Below, piece after piece: positions 1-10,025 of a stretch of DNA of 64,000 bases. The notes beneath the pieces are model-generated. The model was not told the DNA's origin. It worked only from the letters and a program-made list of their open reading frames with translations, and did not search any database. The stretch lies in NCBI GenBank assembly GCA_964537035.1, contig CAZIAK010000004.1, positions 81,871-145,870 of the forward strand, in the 5' to 3' direction. A program made the translations under genes and the position numbers. Each line of letters opens with the position of its first letter. Within the stretch, counting starts at the first letter, position 1. Source of the stretch: an uncultured Phycisphaerales bacterium (lineage in GTDB: Bacteria; Planctomycetota; B15-G4).

Positions 1-3000
1 CCGGCGGGATGGGCAAGGGGAAGGCGCCGCCCTGCTCGTTGAAGGTCCCGAGGAAGGCCTCGAAGAACGGAGGCGGCCGCCCCGAGCCGTCCCTTGCACG
101 GAGGGACATGCCCTGGAAGTCGATCCACTGCGAGGTGCCGATGCTCACGCTGCCGATGGATGGGGGCGTGAGCGACGGGTGCACAAGGGGCAGGCGGTCG
201 ATCACGTGGGCCGGGTCAAAGACCTGGCTACCCTCGACGGTGATCATGAAGGGCGTGCCGTCCGGCTCGGCCAGGGTCACCGCCAGGGGGATCTCGTCGG
301 CGGCGTCCCACAACGTGCCGGGCGGCGGGCCCTGCTGATGGAACGGCTCCAAGAAGGTGACCGGATCCCAGCCCAGGTACGTCTTCATGATCAACTCGGG
401 CTGGGGCTCGAGCACCACCGGCCGGTTGTCCGAGTAGGCGCTCACGGTCATGGGGGTGTCGGCCCAGAACTGTCCCGAACCGCTGGGCCACTCGTAGTTG
501 AGGCCGCTGCCGTTGTTGCCATCGACGCTGGGAATGATCGGCGGGTAGGAGCCGTTCAAGGTGTAGCTGTTGAATCGCGAGCCACCGGAGCCATCGGCAT
601 CAAACGAGCGCCAGTGCAGCATGTCGATGTAGCGCAGGTCGTCCGGGAAGGCACTGCTCGCCCCTGGAGGGAAGGCGTCGTTGTCCAGCTGCTTCACCGC
701 GGTGCCGGTCCAGGCGCCCTCTTTCAGCATGGTGCGCTTGCGGGCGAAGGCGTAGGCCCCTTCGGCGATCTGAGCCATGCCCGTGCCGTCGCCCACCTGC
801 AACTGGATCAGACCGAAGCCACCCTGTCCGCCGTCGCTGCGGTTGGCCACGTAGCCGAAGCCGGTGAAGCTGCCAGCAGCGGTGGACGACGCCCGGGAGT
901 CCCGGCCCTGGCCACCGGAGACGTCGATGGCCGCGCCCTGATCGCCGTCCTGATCGGTGAAGCCTGCGGCCCTGTGCCCCGGGTCAGCTTCCATGATGAC
1001 GCTCCCCCCCGCTTCGAGCAGCACCGCTCCGCCGCTGCCGCCGCCGCCACCTCCCACAAACGTGCTGTTGGACAGCAGCTCGCCGCCACCACCGTCTCCA
1101 CCCGTGGCGTCGATGTAGCCCAGACGGCCGATGGTGATGTCGCCAAAGCAACGGATATGAATCGAGCCGCCGCCCCCTCCGCCACCGCCACCCTTGGCGT
1201 CGAAGACAGCGGGTGAAACGTAGATGCCGTTGAGCAACTTGGGGTAGAACGGCGGCGCCGGTGGGCTGGGCAGAGGGCTGCCCTTGTTGTCGAGCGACCA
1301 GATCTTGTGGCGCATGGAGTCGACCCGGCTGCCGCCTCCCCCGCCGCCCTGGCCGCCGATCAGCTGGGAGACCTCACCCCCGGGGCCGATGAAGTCGTTG
1401 CTCGGGTCTCCGTCGCCGAAGACAGCGTCGCCTCCCGGCGCGCCAGGCTTGAGCCGCACAGGGTTGATCGGGGTGCCGTCCATGTAGACGCACTGCAGGG
1501 CCGTGATGGGCGATCCCCCCGAGTTCAGGTTCTCTTCGTTGCCGTAGATCGCGTCGCGGATCTTGTCGTTCGTCGGGCAGAGGCTGAACGGGAACCACGA
1601 GCTGCTGCTCTGCACCTTGTAGACGCCGGCGCCCTCGTGGGACTCATCACCGCGGAAGAAGAAGCTGCCCCCACCGCCCCCCGGCGGTCGGTGATGTTCA
1701 TCGTTCGCCGAATCGCTCAGCTTGGGCAGGCCTGACCCGGCGGCGTCGTAGCCCATGGTCGACAGCCCTCCGCGGCCGCCCACCGCCTGGAACACGACCT
1801 TGCCCGCCCCCGTGATCACCGGGCCGCGCCCCTGCTCGCCGGTCTCGGGCGTCACGTACTGATTGATCGTGCCGGGGCCGGTGGGATCGAACAGGGTGGG
1901 TTGGCCATCGCCGCCCCGGCCTCCCCCTGGCCCGCCGGGGCCGCCTGCGTTGGGCAAGAAGCCCGAGTTGAACGAGTCGTCACTGGAGCCGTGGGACGCG
2001 CTGACGTCGAGGATGCCGTCGATCTGCACCCGCCCCGTGGCCACGACGCGCAGGGGCAGCGAGCCCTTGACCACCACATGAACCCCTGCGGGGATGATGA
2101 AATCCCGAAAGGTGAACTGGCCTCCGAACACGGTCACGGCCTGGGTCACTCCCGGCGTGGAACCATCAGCCAGGGGGAACGCCTGGGAGTCGGTGTCCAG
2201 CAACACGGTGGTGAACTGCAGGGGGATGGTGTTCAGGTCCTGGTCGCCCAACGCCGAGCCCGTGGGCTGATAGCGCACCAGGGTCGGGTCGAACCCCGGA
2301 GGTGGTTGGGGAATGAAATCTCCCAGGACACCTACGGGCCCCACACCCACGGACGCCCGCAAGCCTCCGCTGTTGCCGCTGGCACCCACGAGCTGGGCCC
2401 ACTCCGCCAAGGGGCTCAATCCGGTGGCCGAGGTGTCCTCGAAACTGGCGTCGCTGAAGGGCTCGAAGAAGACGTCGTCGATGGGCTGGGCTGCGCCGGC
2501 CAGGGGCGTGGCCGTGGTCACCGTGCTCAGGGCGCTGGCCCCCGCGGGAACAGCTGGCGCGGCGGGGTCGGCGTTCACCGCGCTGGTACCGAACAGCGAG
2601 GTGAAGATGTTCCGCTGCATCAAGGTCACCTCTGCCCCCACGGGCAGCAGGCCTGCGGGCTTCACGGTCAACACCGCCCCTTCGGGGCCGTTGGAAACCA
2701 GGGACACCTGTGCATCCAGGTCGAGGCAGCCGTAGGCGAGGGCGCTGGCAGGGCTCTGCTGCCCGGGGAGCTGGTCGAGGGGGAAGCCAAACGCAGCCAC
2801 GTCCGGGACTGCCACCGCCGCCACTCCCGAGTTCAGGTTGACGACGTCGATCTGATCCCGGCTGCGATCAAGGGCCAGCAGCTCGCCTTCGCTACGAAAG
2901 ACCACATCGACGTAGTCACCGGGGAGGGTGATCGACGGGGCCACAGCGTCGGGCAGGCCGTCCGCGGGGTCGAACACCCCGTTGCTGTCGAGGTCGACAG

Positions 3001-4534
3001 GGGACAGCGGCTGCAGCCGGGTGACCGTGGCGCCAGTGTCTCGCACCAGGGCATAGAGGCTGCCACCGGGCGCCTGGGCGATATCGAGCACCGTTGGCCC
3101 CCCCGCCGGAAACGGCTGGCTGGCGAAGCCGGTCTGACCATCGCCGGTGGTCAGGGCCACCAGCTGGGGCGGGCCAGGGTCCGGGTTGCCCAGGGAGGGT
3201 CGGTCTCGCAGCACCGTGGGCAGCAACTCGACCAGGCGGCCCGTGGCCCGGTCGAAGACGACCAGGCGACCGTCTACCAGGGTCTGCAGCCCCGTGGCGT
3301 CCGCCAGGCCGGTGTCCAGACCGCCCGGTGCGTCGACGGAAAGCGACGCAAAGGACGGGTCGCCCCGCAGGTGGTCGAAGACCGTCAGCCGATCGTTCCC
3401 CCCAGCCACGGGCAACAGGGCAAACAGGATCGCCGGGTCGACGCCGGTGGCCAGGCTCGATGGCGTGGTGGCGAAGGCCGGGTTGGCCCCGGGGAGGGCG
3501 CCGCCCTGCACCACCAGGGCTGAGCCGTCCCCAGGGGGAGGGCTGCCCTCCGTCAGCGCAGACAGGGCCGCGAACGGCGGGTGAACGCCCAGAGCGTCGG
3601 TGGGCACGGTGTGCGCCACCAACAGCTGGGTCCCCCGGGTACGGAGGAAGAACGTCGGCTCAACCTTGCCATCTCCGGTGAGGTCCGAACCCAGCAGGTT
3701 GGCCACCGTGGGCACCACCTGACGGTCAAAGGTCACCAGGATGTCTGACGGGCCCGGGCCAAAGGTCATGGCCGTGGAGTCCAAGGCCTGGTTCGAGAAC
3801 ACACCGGGGAAGAAGTCGGTGGCACCGTCGGGTGGTGAGAGGCTGACCACCGCTGGGGGCGCCCCATCTGCGCCGCTCGCTGGGTAGTAGGCGATGGGAT
3901 TGGCGGTGGTCCCGAACTGGATGCTGCCCCCGGGGCCCACCAGATTCGTGATCTTGGAGGTCAGGCTCGTGGAGACCTGGGCCGTGTAGATCGATCCCGG
4001 GAGCAGCCCCGGGATGCCCGCCTCTCCGCCTGCTCCCGAGGGGTCGACGGGCGCCGTGGGCAGGAAGGGCAGGAACTCCACGGCGAAGAGGCTCTGGGCG
4101 GGGTCTGTCACCAGCACGTAGGTGCCCTTGGCCAAGATCAGGGACTGGCCCCCAGGGGGGCTGAGGCCCGGGGCCAGGTCAGCGGGGGTGGTGAAGACCG
4201 GCAGGGCCGTCGGGGTGAACGGCCCGGCGGGCACGCCATCGAAGAGAAAACGGACCACCGTGTTGAGGGGGGCGCCCAGGGTGGGCGGCACCGCCATGGT
4301 GTCCTCGAAGGCTGGGGCCGTGGTGACCTCGCCCGCGGCCGAGCGGAAGGCGAAGCCCAAGAACTGCACGGTGTCATCGGGGTCTGGGGCTGGCCCACCC
4401 ACGGTGATCACCCCCCCTGAGCCACCGCCGCCTCCCCCGCAGCCCATGGCCAGCAGGGCCAGGAACAGCGCCCATCCTCCTCTGGCCAGGTGGACAGCGG
4501 GCCGCCCAGGTCGATGGTCTTTGGCGGGATTCAT
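1..4534 (-). CDS. large secreted (lipo)protein, at least 1511 aa, 3' end beyond the window edge; Ig-like N-terminal region, Gly-rich beta-helix-like C-terminal region
   Basis: Absent from the ORF track because it runs off the window. Reading the minus strand from ATG at 4534 gives MNPAKDHRPGRPAVHLARGGWALFLALLAMGCGGGGGGSGGVITVGG..., a signal peptide plus lipobox-like LLAMGC. I read it without a stop down to position 2. Later segments include ..VVSLSPPDGATDFFPG.. (Ig-like), ..AKGGGGGGGGGSIHIRCFGDITIGRLGYIDATGGDGGGG.. and ..FVGGGGGGSGGAVLLEAGGSVIM... The + strand track ORFs here (179..1216, 1901..3523) are antisense artefacts. Confidence 0.8.
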   Translation of the reverse strand, partial: MNPAKDHRPGRPAVHLARGGWALFLALLAMGCGGGGGGSGGVITVGGPAPDPDDTVQFLGFAFRSAAGEVTTAPAFEDTMAVPPTLGAPLNTVVRFLFDGVPAGPFTPTALPVFTTPADLAPGLSPPGGQSLILAKGTYVLVTDPAQSLFAVEFLPFLPTAPVDPSGAGGEAGIPGLLPGSIYTAQVSTSLTSKITNLVGPGGSIQFGTTANPIAYYPASGADGAPPAVVSLSPPDGATDFFPGVFSNQALDSTAMTFGPGPSDILVTFDRQVVPTVANLLGSDLTGDGKVEPTFFLRTRGTQLLVAHTVPTDALGVHPPFAALSALTEGSPPPGDGSALVVQGGALPGANPAFATTPSSLATGVDPAILFALLPVAGGNDRLTVFDHLRGDPSFASLSVDAPGGLDTGLADATGLQTLVDGRLVVFDRATGRLVELLPTVLRDRPSLGNPDPGPPQLVALTTGDGQTGFASQPFPAGGPTVLDIAQAPGGSLYALVRDTGATVTRLQPLSPVDLDSNGVFDPADGLPDAVAPSITLPGDYVDVVFRSEGELLALDRSRDQIDVVNLNSGVAAVAVPDVAAFGFPLDQLPGQQSPASALAYGCLDLDAQVSLVSNGPEGAVLTVKPAGLLPVGAEVTLMQRNIFTSLFGTSAVNADPAAPAVPAGASALSTVTTATPLAGAAQPIDDVFFEPFSDASFEDTSATGLSPLAEWAQLVGASGNSGGLRASVGVGPVGVLGDFIPQPPPGFDPTLVRYQPTGSALGDQDLNTIPLQFTTVLLDTDSQAFPLADGSTPGVTQAVTVFGGQFTFRDFIIPAGVHVVVKGSLPLRVVATGRVQIDGILDVSASHGSSDDSFNSGFLPNAGGPGGPGGGRGGDGQPTLFDPTGPGTINQYVTPETGEQGRGPVITGAGKVVFQAVGGRGGLSTMGYDAAGSGLPKLSDSANDEHHRPPGGGGGSFFFRGDESHEGAGVYKVQSSSSWFPFSLCPTNDKIRDAIYGNEENLNSGGSPITALQCVYMDGTPINPVRLKPGAPGGDAVFGDGDPSNDFIGPGGEVSQLIGGQGGGGGGSRVDSMRHKIWSLDNKGSPLPSPPAPPFYPKLLNGIYVSPAVFDAKGGGGGGGGGSIHIRCFGDITIGRLGYIDATGGDGGGGELLSNSTFVGGGGGGSGGAVLLEAGGSVIMEADPGHRAAGFTDQDGDQGAAIDVSGGQGRDSRASSTAAGSFTGFGYVANRSDGGQGGFGLIQLQVGDGTGMAQIAEGAYAFARKRTMLKEGAWTGTAVKQLDNDAFPPGASSAFPDDLRYIDMLHWRSFDADGSGGSRFNSYTLNGSYPPIIPSVDGNNGSGLNYEWPSGSGQFWADTPMTVSAYSDNRPVVLEPQPELIMKTYLGWDPVTFLEPFHQQGPPPGTLWDAADEIPLAVTLAEPDGTPFMITVEGSQVFDPAHVIDRLPLVHPSLTPPSIGSVSIGTSQWIDFQGMSLRARDGSGRPPPFFEAFLGTFNEQGGAFPLPIPP

Positions 4535-4759
4535 CAAAGGGGCGCACCTGGCAGCCTGCCCGGTTGGACACAGATCTGGAGCCGGGTCTCTCGTGAATCT
4601 TGGGGACATCGGGGTGCGGTCAGAACGGGGCGAAAGCCCAAGAGTCCCGCTGAGCATAGCAGGAACGGGGCCAGAGCCACTTCTGACGCCAGCCGTCACC
4701 GATTCACAACAAGTCTCCTCGAGAACTGGAGATTGACAGAACGGCAGCGGCCGCATTCG

Positions 4760-6484
4760 ATGAGGGCCCTCCCCCGAGTCGAAAGTCCCGCCATGTACCG
4801 CCCCCTCTTGAGCTTTGCGCTCCTAGCTGCCTTCGTGACCCCGCTCGTGGCCCAGAGCAACATGAACGTCACCAGGCTCGGCAGACTCGATGAACACCCC
4901 GAGGGATACAACGACGTGTGGGGCTATGTGGCGCCGGACGGGCGTGAATACGCGCTCCTGGGTACACAGGACGGGCTCTCCGTCATCAACGCCAGCAACC
5001 CCCTCGCTCCCTACGAGGTGGCCTTCTTTCCCACCAACAACTGCCTCTGGCACGACATCAAGTCCTGGGGGCGGTACGTCTACGAGGCCACGGACTGCAG
5101 CTCAGGCGTCAGGGTCTTCGACATGCTCGACCCGGAGAACCCGGTCCTGGCCGGTGAGTTCGCCCAGTCGACCATCGACAACGCCCACAACATCCAGATC
5201 GACCTGGGCACCGGCCTGCTCTACACCGTGGGTGACGGCAACGGCTTCACGGTCTGGAACCTGGCCATCGATCCCGTCAACCCGCCGCTGGTCAAGGTCT
5301 GGAGTGGTGGCGGCAACAACTACATTCATGATCTCTACGTGTTCAACGGCAAGGCCCATACGGCGCGGATCTACGCTGGCAGCTACGACATCGTCAACGT
5401 GGCCAACCTGCCTGCGGTGAGCACCATCGGCTCGGCCCCCTCTGGCGCGAACTTCACCCACTCCACCTGGGTCAACAACGCCGAGACCACGGCGGTTGTG
5501 GTAGACGAGACCACGGGCAACCGGCACTTGTCGTTCTTCGACATCAGCGACCCCAGCAACCCCTCGCTGACGTCGTCGTACTCGGAGGACATCACCACAA
5601 GCCCCCACAACCCGTTCATCACGGATGATGAGATCTGCCACGTGTCCTGGTACTCAGAGGGCTACATCGCCCTGGACATGTCCGACCCTGCCAACCCGGT
5701 GAAGGTCGGTCGCTTTGACACGACCCCGGGGGCGGGCGCCCCGATCAGCTTGTTCACCGGCGCCTGGGGTTGCTACCCCTTCCAGCCCTCTGGCTTCATC
5801 TACATCAGCGACATCCAGAAGGGGCTGTACATTCTTCAGCTCAACTCTGCCTGCCCCACCGACCCGGGAGGTGCGCCGGTCTTGTGCAAGGTCTGGCCTG
5901 AGAACGTGAGCGTTCTCGAGAGCCCGCGCCACCCGGTGATCCTCACCGGCAATGACATGTCCGACGCGACCTCGATCACCGTGGGCGACGTGGTGCTCAC
6001 GCCGCCGCAGTTCACGGTCAAGAACCAGATGCTCTACTTCAACATGCCTCTGGTGAGTCAGCTCGGTCCCAACGCCATCTCGGTGACAACACCCTCCGGC
6101 ACCACCTCGGGAATGAGCATCAATGTCACCGCGCCCGTGGGCACGCCCCTGCTCGACAGCGGGCCCGCCCAGGCCGCAGACGGCAGCTTTCTTGAGGTCG
6201 CCGTGGGCAGCAACCCAGGGGATCTGCACTACATCGCCCTGGCTTTCTCCATCGGCCAGTCTGCCGTGCCTGGCAAGGTGACCTTCGACATCGGCAGCAA
6301 CTTCAGCGACCTGTTCCTGCAGCCCCTGCTCGTGGCCAACGGAGCCGGAGTGAGCGGCCTCGGGGTGGTGGTCCCGGCCATCGCCGTGGGCGCCACGGTC
6401 TACTGGCAGGCCGCCGTATTCGACCCCAACGCAGGCTGGCCCAGCCCCGCCACGAACTTCACCTCCACCACTTTCGTCCCCTGA
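4760..6484 (+). CDS. secreted LVIVD-repeat / choice-of-anchor-B-like beta-propeller protein with C-terminal IPT/TIG-like domain
   Basis: Track ORF 4490..6484. In-frame ATGs occur at 4760 and 4793; the signal peptide MYRPLLSFALLAAFVTPLVAQ begins at 4793. Repeated propeller-like motifs: GYNDVWGYVAPDGREYALLG, WHDIKSWGRYVYEA, AHNIQIDLGTGLLYTV, YIHDLYVFNGKAHTA, PHNPFITDDEICHVSWY. The C-terminal PVILTGNDMSDATSITV...ISVTTPSGTTSG resembles IPT/TIG. Confidence 0.7.
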   Translation: MRALPRVESPAMYRPLLSFALLAAFVTPLVAQSNMNVTRLGRLDEHPEGYNDVWGYVAPDGREYALLGTQDGLSVINASNPLAPYEVAFFPTNNCLWHDIKSWGRYVYEATDCSSGVRVFDMLDPENPVLAGEFAQSTIDNAHNIQIDLGTGLLYTVGDGNGFTVWNLAIDPVNPPLVKVWSGGGNNYIHDLYVFNGKAHTARIYAGSYDIVNVANLPAVSTIGSAPSGANFTHSTWVNNAETTAVVVDETTGNRHLSFFDISDPSNPSLTSSYSEDITTSPHNPFITDDEICHVSWYSEGYIALDMSDPANPVKVGRFDTTPGAGAPISLFTGAWGCYPFQPSGFIYISDIQKGLYILQLNSACPTDPGGAPVLCKVWPENVSVLESPRHPVILTGNDMSDATSITVGDVVLTPPQFTVKNQMLYFNMPLVSQLGPNAISVTTPSGTTSGMSINVTAPVGTPLLDSGPAQAADGSFLEVAVGSNPGDLHYIALAFSIGQSAVPGKVTFDIGSNFSDLFLQPLLVANGAGVSGLGVVVPAIAVGATVYWQAAVFDPNAGWPSPATNFTSTTFVP

Positions 6485-6560
6485 CCACCCGCCGTCACCC
6501 TGCGCCAAGAGCTGACCGAGAGCTCACGCGTCCAGCAGCCTCAGGCGCAGCCCCGTCGTA

Positions 6561-7595
6561 TCAGCGGAAGCCAGCCAGCAGACCGTCGAACTGCTCGCGG
6601 GACGGTCGCAGCTCGGCTTCGCCCAGCTGGCAAAGGGGCACGTCAGGCAAGCGCATGGTGTCGTCGAGGGCCTGGCTCGCCGGGTCGACGTAGATCAGGC
6701 CTGTGTAGACGTGTGCCTGGTCGACCCGATCTTTCTCCAGCTGCTTTCTGGCTGCCGCGATGTCGGTGGGGTCGTAGACGGTCGGGTCATCGGACAGGGC
6801 CGAGAGCCTGATCAGGCTGCCATCCGGCATGTCGACGGTGACGGACCCACCGGGGAGCTGCTCGACCTTCTCGGCGTCGTACTCAGGCACGAAGCCCAGC
6901 TCGTGCAGCTTGACGTTGTGCTCGCGCAGCCAGTCGAAGCCCTTGGTCGAGTCGGGCAGGTTGTTGAACGTCACGCACGGGCTGATGCAGTCGATGAACG
7001 CCAGGCCCTTGTGGTTGATGGCAGCGCGAATCAGCGAGGTCATCTGCTTCTGGTCGCCGCTGAAACTGCGCGCCACGAACCCACATCCCAGCTCGACCGC
7101 CAGCTTGCACAGGTCGATGTCGGAGTAGTCGTTGGTGTCGCCGCCCTTCTTGCGACTGCCCTTCTCTGACGTGGCCGAGAACTGGCCCTTGGTCAGGCCG
7201 TACACGCCGTTGTTCTCGACGATGTACACCATGTTGGTGTTGCGCCGCACCGCGTGCATGAACTGGCCGATGCCGATGGACGCCGTGTCGCCGTCGCCGG
7301 AGACGCCGATGGTGACCAGGTTCTTGTTGGCCATGTTCGCCCCGGTGGCGATGGACGGCATGCGCCCGTGCACCGAATTGATGCCATAGCCGTTGCCCAC
7401 GAAGTACGCCGGCGTCTTGCTGCTGCAACCGATACCCGAGGTCTTGACCACGTTGTACGGGTCGACCCCGGCGAGGAACACCGCCTGGATGATCTCGCGG
7501 GTGATCTGGTCGTGGCCACAGCCGAGGCACAGTGTGCTCTTGCTGTCGCCGGCGTAGTCCGCCTTGGTCAGGCCGATGGTGTTGGTGTCAGACAT
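6561..7595 (-). CDS. korB: 2-oxoacid:ferredoxin oxidoreductase, beta (TPP-binding) subunit
   Basis: 344 aa. Motifs CLGCGHDQI and GVSGDGDTASIGIGQFMHAVRRNTNMVYIVENNGVYGLTKGQ (TPP-binding GDG..N motif). The start overlaps the upstream alpha-subunit stop by 8 nt. Confidence 0.85.
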   Translation of the reverse strand: MSDTNTIGLTKADYAGDSKSTLCLGCGHDQITREIIQAVFLAGVDPYNVVKTSGIGCSSKTPAYFVGNGYGINSVHGRMPSIATGANMANKNLVTIGVSGDGDTASIGIGQFMHAVRRNTNMVYIVENNGVYGLTKGQFSATSEKGSRKKGGDTNDYSDIDLCKLAVELGCGFVARSFSGDQKQMTSLIRAAINHKGLAFIDCISPCVTFNNLPDSTKGFDWLREHNVKLHELGFVPEYDAEKVEQLPGGSVTVDMPDGSLIRLSALSDDPTVYDPTDIAAARKQLEKDRVDQAHVYTGLIYVDPASQALDDTMRLPDVPLCQLGEAELRPSREQFDGLLAGFR

Positions 7596-9411
7596 GTGCA
7601 GGCTCCGGCGCGCCGGCGCGCACGGCTTCGATGATGGGTTGGGCCGCCATGGGCAGGCCCGCGTAGTAGTTCAACTTGCGAATCTTGGTGGCCAGGTGTG
7701 GCAGCTTGATGCGAATGATGTCGGCCATCTGCCCGTCTCGGTTCTGCTCGGCCACGTAGACCACGTCGCACTCTTCGATGAACTGTGTCACCGCGTCGTG
7801 CAAGGGCAACGAACAGATGCGTAGCTCGCGCGTGGCCACCCCTTCGCCAGCCAAGACGTCCCGGGCCTCGGACACCGCGTAGGCCGTGCTGCCGTAGTGG
7901 ATGATGCCGATGGAGGCCTCGCCGTCGCCCGCAAGGATCGGAGCCGGCGTGTGAGACACCGAGCCATCGATCTTGCGCTTGATGCGCTCGATGACGGTCT
8001 TGTACTCGTCGGGATCTTCGGTGTAGCTCGCCGTCTCGGTGTGCCCTGATCCACGGGTGAAGTAGGGCGCGAGCGGATGGCGGGTTCCTGGCAGGGTGCG
8101 GTAGGGCACGCCGTCGCCGTCGACCTCCTTGTAGCGAGCAAACTCGCCGATCTCTTCGAGAGCTTTCTTGTCGAGCACCTTGCCCCGATCGAAATCGCGC
8201 TCGGTGTAGGGCAGCTCCTCGGAGATCCAGTAGTTCATGCCCATGTCCAGGTCGCTGAGCAGGAACACCGGCGTCTGGAAGCGCTCGGCCAGGTCGAAGG
8301 ACTGCTGGGCGTGCTCGTAGAGTTCGACGGGCCCGGCCGGCAGCAAGACGATGTGCTCGGTGTCGCCATGGGAGAGGAAGCGACAGAGGCTCACGTCACC
8401 CTGCTGGGTGCGGGTAGGCATGCCGGTGGACGGTCCCACACGCTGGACGTCGATCACCACCGCCGGAATCTCAGCGTAGTAGCCGAAGCCTGCGAACTCG
8501 GCCATGAGCGAGATGCCCGGGCCAGCGGTCGCCGTCATGGAGCGAGCGCCAGCCCACCCCGCACCGAGCGCCAAGCCGAGGGAGGCCAGCTCGTCTTCGG
8601 CCTGCACCGCCGCGAAGTTGACCTTGCCCTCTGTATCGGTGCGCGTCTTGCCGGCGATGCGAATCGTCTCTTCGCACACACTCGAGCTGGGCGTGATGGG
8701 ATACCAGCCCACGAACGAGCAACCACCCATGACGCAACCCAGACCCGTGGCCGTGTTGCCCTCGATGAACAGCTTGCCGTCGTTCATCTGGCGGGGCTCG
8801 ACCCTCAACGGGCAGGTCGCCGCGTCGAAGTTCTCATTCGCGTAGGCCAGGCCAGCCTTGACCACGTCCTGGTTGAGCGTGATCAGTTTGGGCTTCTTGG
8901 CGAACTGTTCGGCCACGATGGACATGACCACGTCGACGTCCATCTTGAGCAGGTGTGCCACCACGCCCACGTAGACCATGTTGGCCAGCAGCTTGCGCAA
9001 CCGGGGGTCTGGCGCGAACTCCTTCGCCAGCTTGGCGAAGGGCACGACGAACACGGTGATGTCGTCACGCCCGACGCTCTGCGACTGGGGCATCTTCTCG
9101 TCGATCAGCAGCACTCCGCCCTTGTCGACGGCGGCGATGTCTTTCGCCACGGTCTTCGGGTTGAGCGCGATGACGAACTCGGTGCGGCCGCTGCGCGCGC
9201 TGTAGCCCTTCTCCGAGACACGAATCAGGAACCACGTGGGCAGGCCTGAGATGTTGCTCGGAAAGAGGTTCTTGGGCGTGACGTGCACGCCCATGCGGAA
9301 GATCGACTTGGCCAGGATCAGGTTCGAGGAGGCAGAGCCCGAACCGTTCACTGTGGCCACGTTGATGGTGAAGTCGTTGATCGTGTCGTTGCCGCTCAAA
9401 GGCGAGGACAT
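7588..9411 (-). CDS. korA: 2-oxoacid:ferredoxin oxidoreductase, fused gamma/alpha subunit
   Basis: Track ORF 7588..9504 trimmed to ATG 9411 (MSSPLSGNDTINDFTINVATVNGSGSASSN..). Has an N-terminal POR-gamma-like segment followed by an alpha domain (GWYPITPSS, GPSTGMPTRTQQGD). Confidence 0.85.
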   Translation of the reverse strand: MSSPLSGNDTINDFTINVATVNGSGSASSNLILAKSIFRMGVHVTPKNLFPSNISGLPTWFLIRVSEKGYSARSGRTEFVIALNPKTVAKDIAAVDKGGVLLIDEKMPQSQSVGRDDITVFVVPFAKLAKEFAPDPRLRKLLANMVYVGVVAHLLKMDVDVVMSIVAEQFAKKPKLITLNQDVVKAGLAYANENFDAATCPLRVEPRQMNDGKLFIEGNTATGLGCVMGGCSFVGWYPITPSSSVCEETIRIAGKTRTDTEGKVNFAAVQAEDELASLGLALGAGWAGARSMTATAGPGISLMAEFAGFGYYAEIPAVVIDVQRVGPSTGMPTRTQQGDVSLCRFLSHGDTEHIVLLPAGPVELYEHAQQSFDLAERFQTPVFLLSDLDMGMNYWISEELPYTERDFDRGKVLDKKALEEIGEFARYKEVDGDGVPYRTLPGTRHPLAPYFTRGSGHTETASYTEDPDEYKTVIERIKRKIDGSVSHTPAPILAGDGEASIGIIHYGSTAYAVSEARDVLAGEGVATRELRICSLPLHDAVTQFIEECDVVYVAEQNRDGQMADIIRIKLPHLATKIRKLNYYAGLPMAAQPIIEAVRAGAPEPAHV

Positions 9412-9588
9412 GGTAGGCACCGAAATGGGCTGGCAGGTCGGTCCGGAGTGCACTGACGAGTGGCGTTTCCGGCCGAGAAATAGCGGCACAGGGTAGCAGG
9501 ACATGGCCCGTCCGGAAATGGACGTGAGACCATGAAATCTTGCCAGATCCCCCGTCTCTTCAGGGCCCGGACGACGCCCCCGAACTGT

Positions 9589-9909
9589 TCATTCAGAGGG
9601 CAGCTGATCGAGCAGATCGCGGATCTCGTCGAAGGGCTCGTCGTGGTTCTGCTCCTCGGCCAGGCGCTGACCCAGGGTGATCGCCTGCCGAGCCTCGTCC
9701 CAACGCTCCAGGGACACCAGGCAGGCCCCTTGCCGGATGGCAGCCATCATCCAGGACGGGTCGAGTTCGAGGCAGCGGCCGTAGGCAGCAGCTCCCTGCT
9801 CATACTCGCCGGCGGCCAGGAGCATCTGGGCCAGAGCGTAGTTGTGCAGGGGGTTGTCGGGTTCAGCAGCGACCAGGGCGCGAAATCGATCGATCTTGGT
9901 GGTGCTCAC
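9589..9909 (-). CDS. small TPR-repeat protein
   Basis: Track ORF 9589..9969 trimmed to GTG 9909. That GTG is preceded by GGAGG with a 5-nt spacer (ccGGAGGtccctGTG). TPR-like helices: PDNPLHNYALAQMLLAAGEYEQGAAAYGRCLELDP. Confidence 0.6.
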   Translation of the reverse strand: MSTTKIDRFRALVAAEPDNPLHNYALAQMLLAAGEYEQGAAAYGRCLELDPSWMMAAIRQGACLVSLERWDEARQAITLGQRLAEEQNHDEPFDEIRDLLDQLPSE

Positions 9910-10025
9910 AGGGACCTCCGGGGACCAGGGGCAGGCGACCCTCCCCCGGCCCGGTCGAAACCGGCCCACGAGAGGTCCTCAGGTTCGCCCTTGAGACCGG
10001 GCCAACCGCCGCCCATGGTGTCGCC

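Noticed and set aside
1901-3523. 540-aa + strand ORF (and 179..1216 +, 345 aa) in the first 4.5 kb
   Set aside because: Their translations are Gly/Arg/Val/His-rich low-complexity sequence, typical of the antisense frame of a high-GC gene. The minus strand carries a continuous, protein-like frame with a signal peptide starting at 4534.
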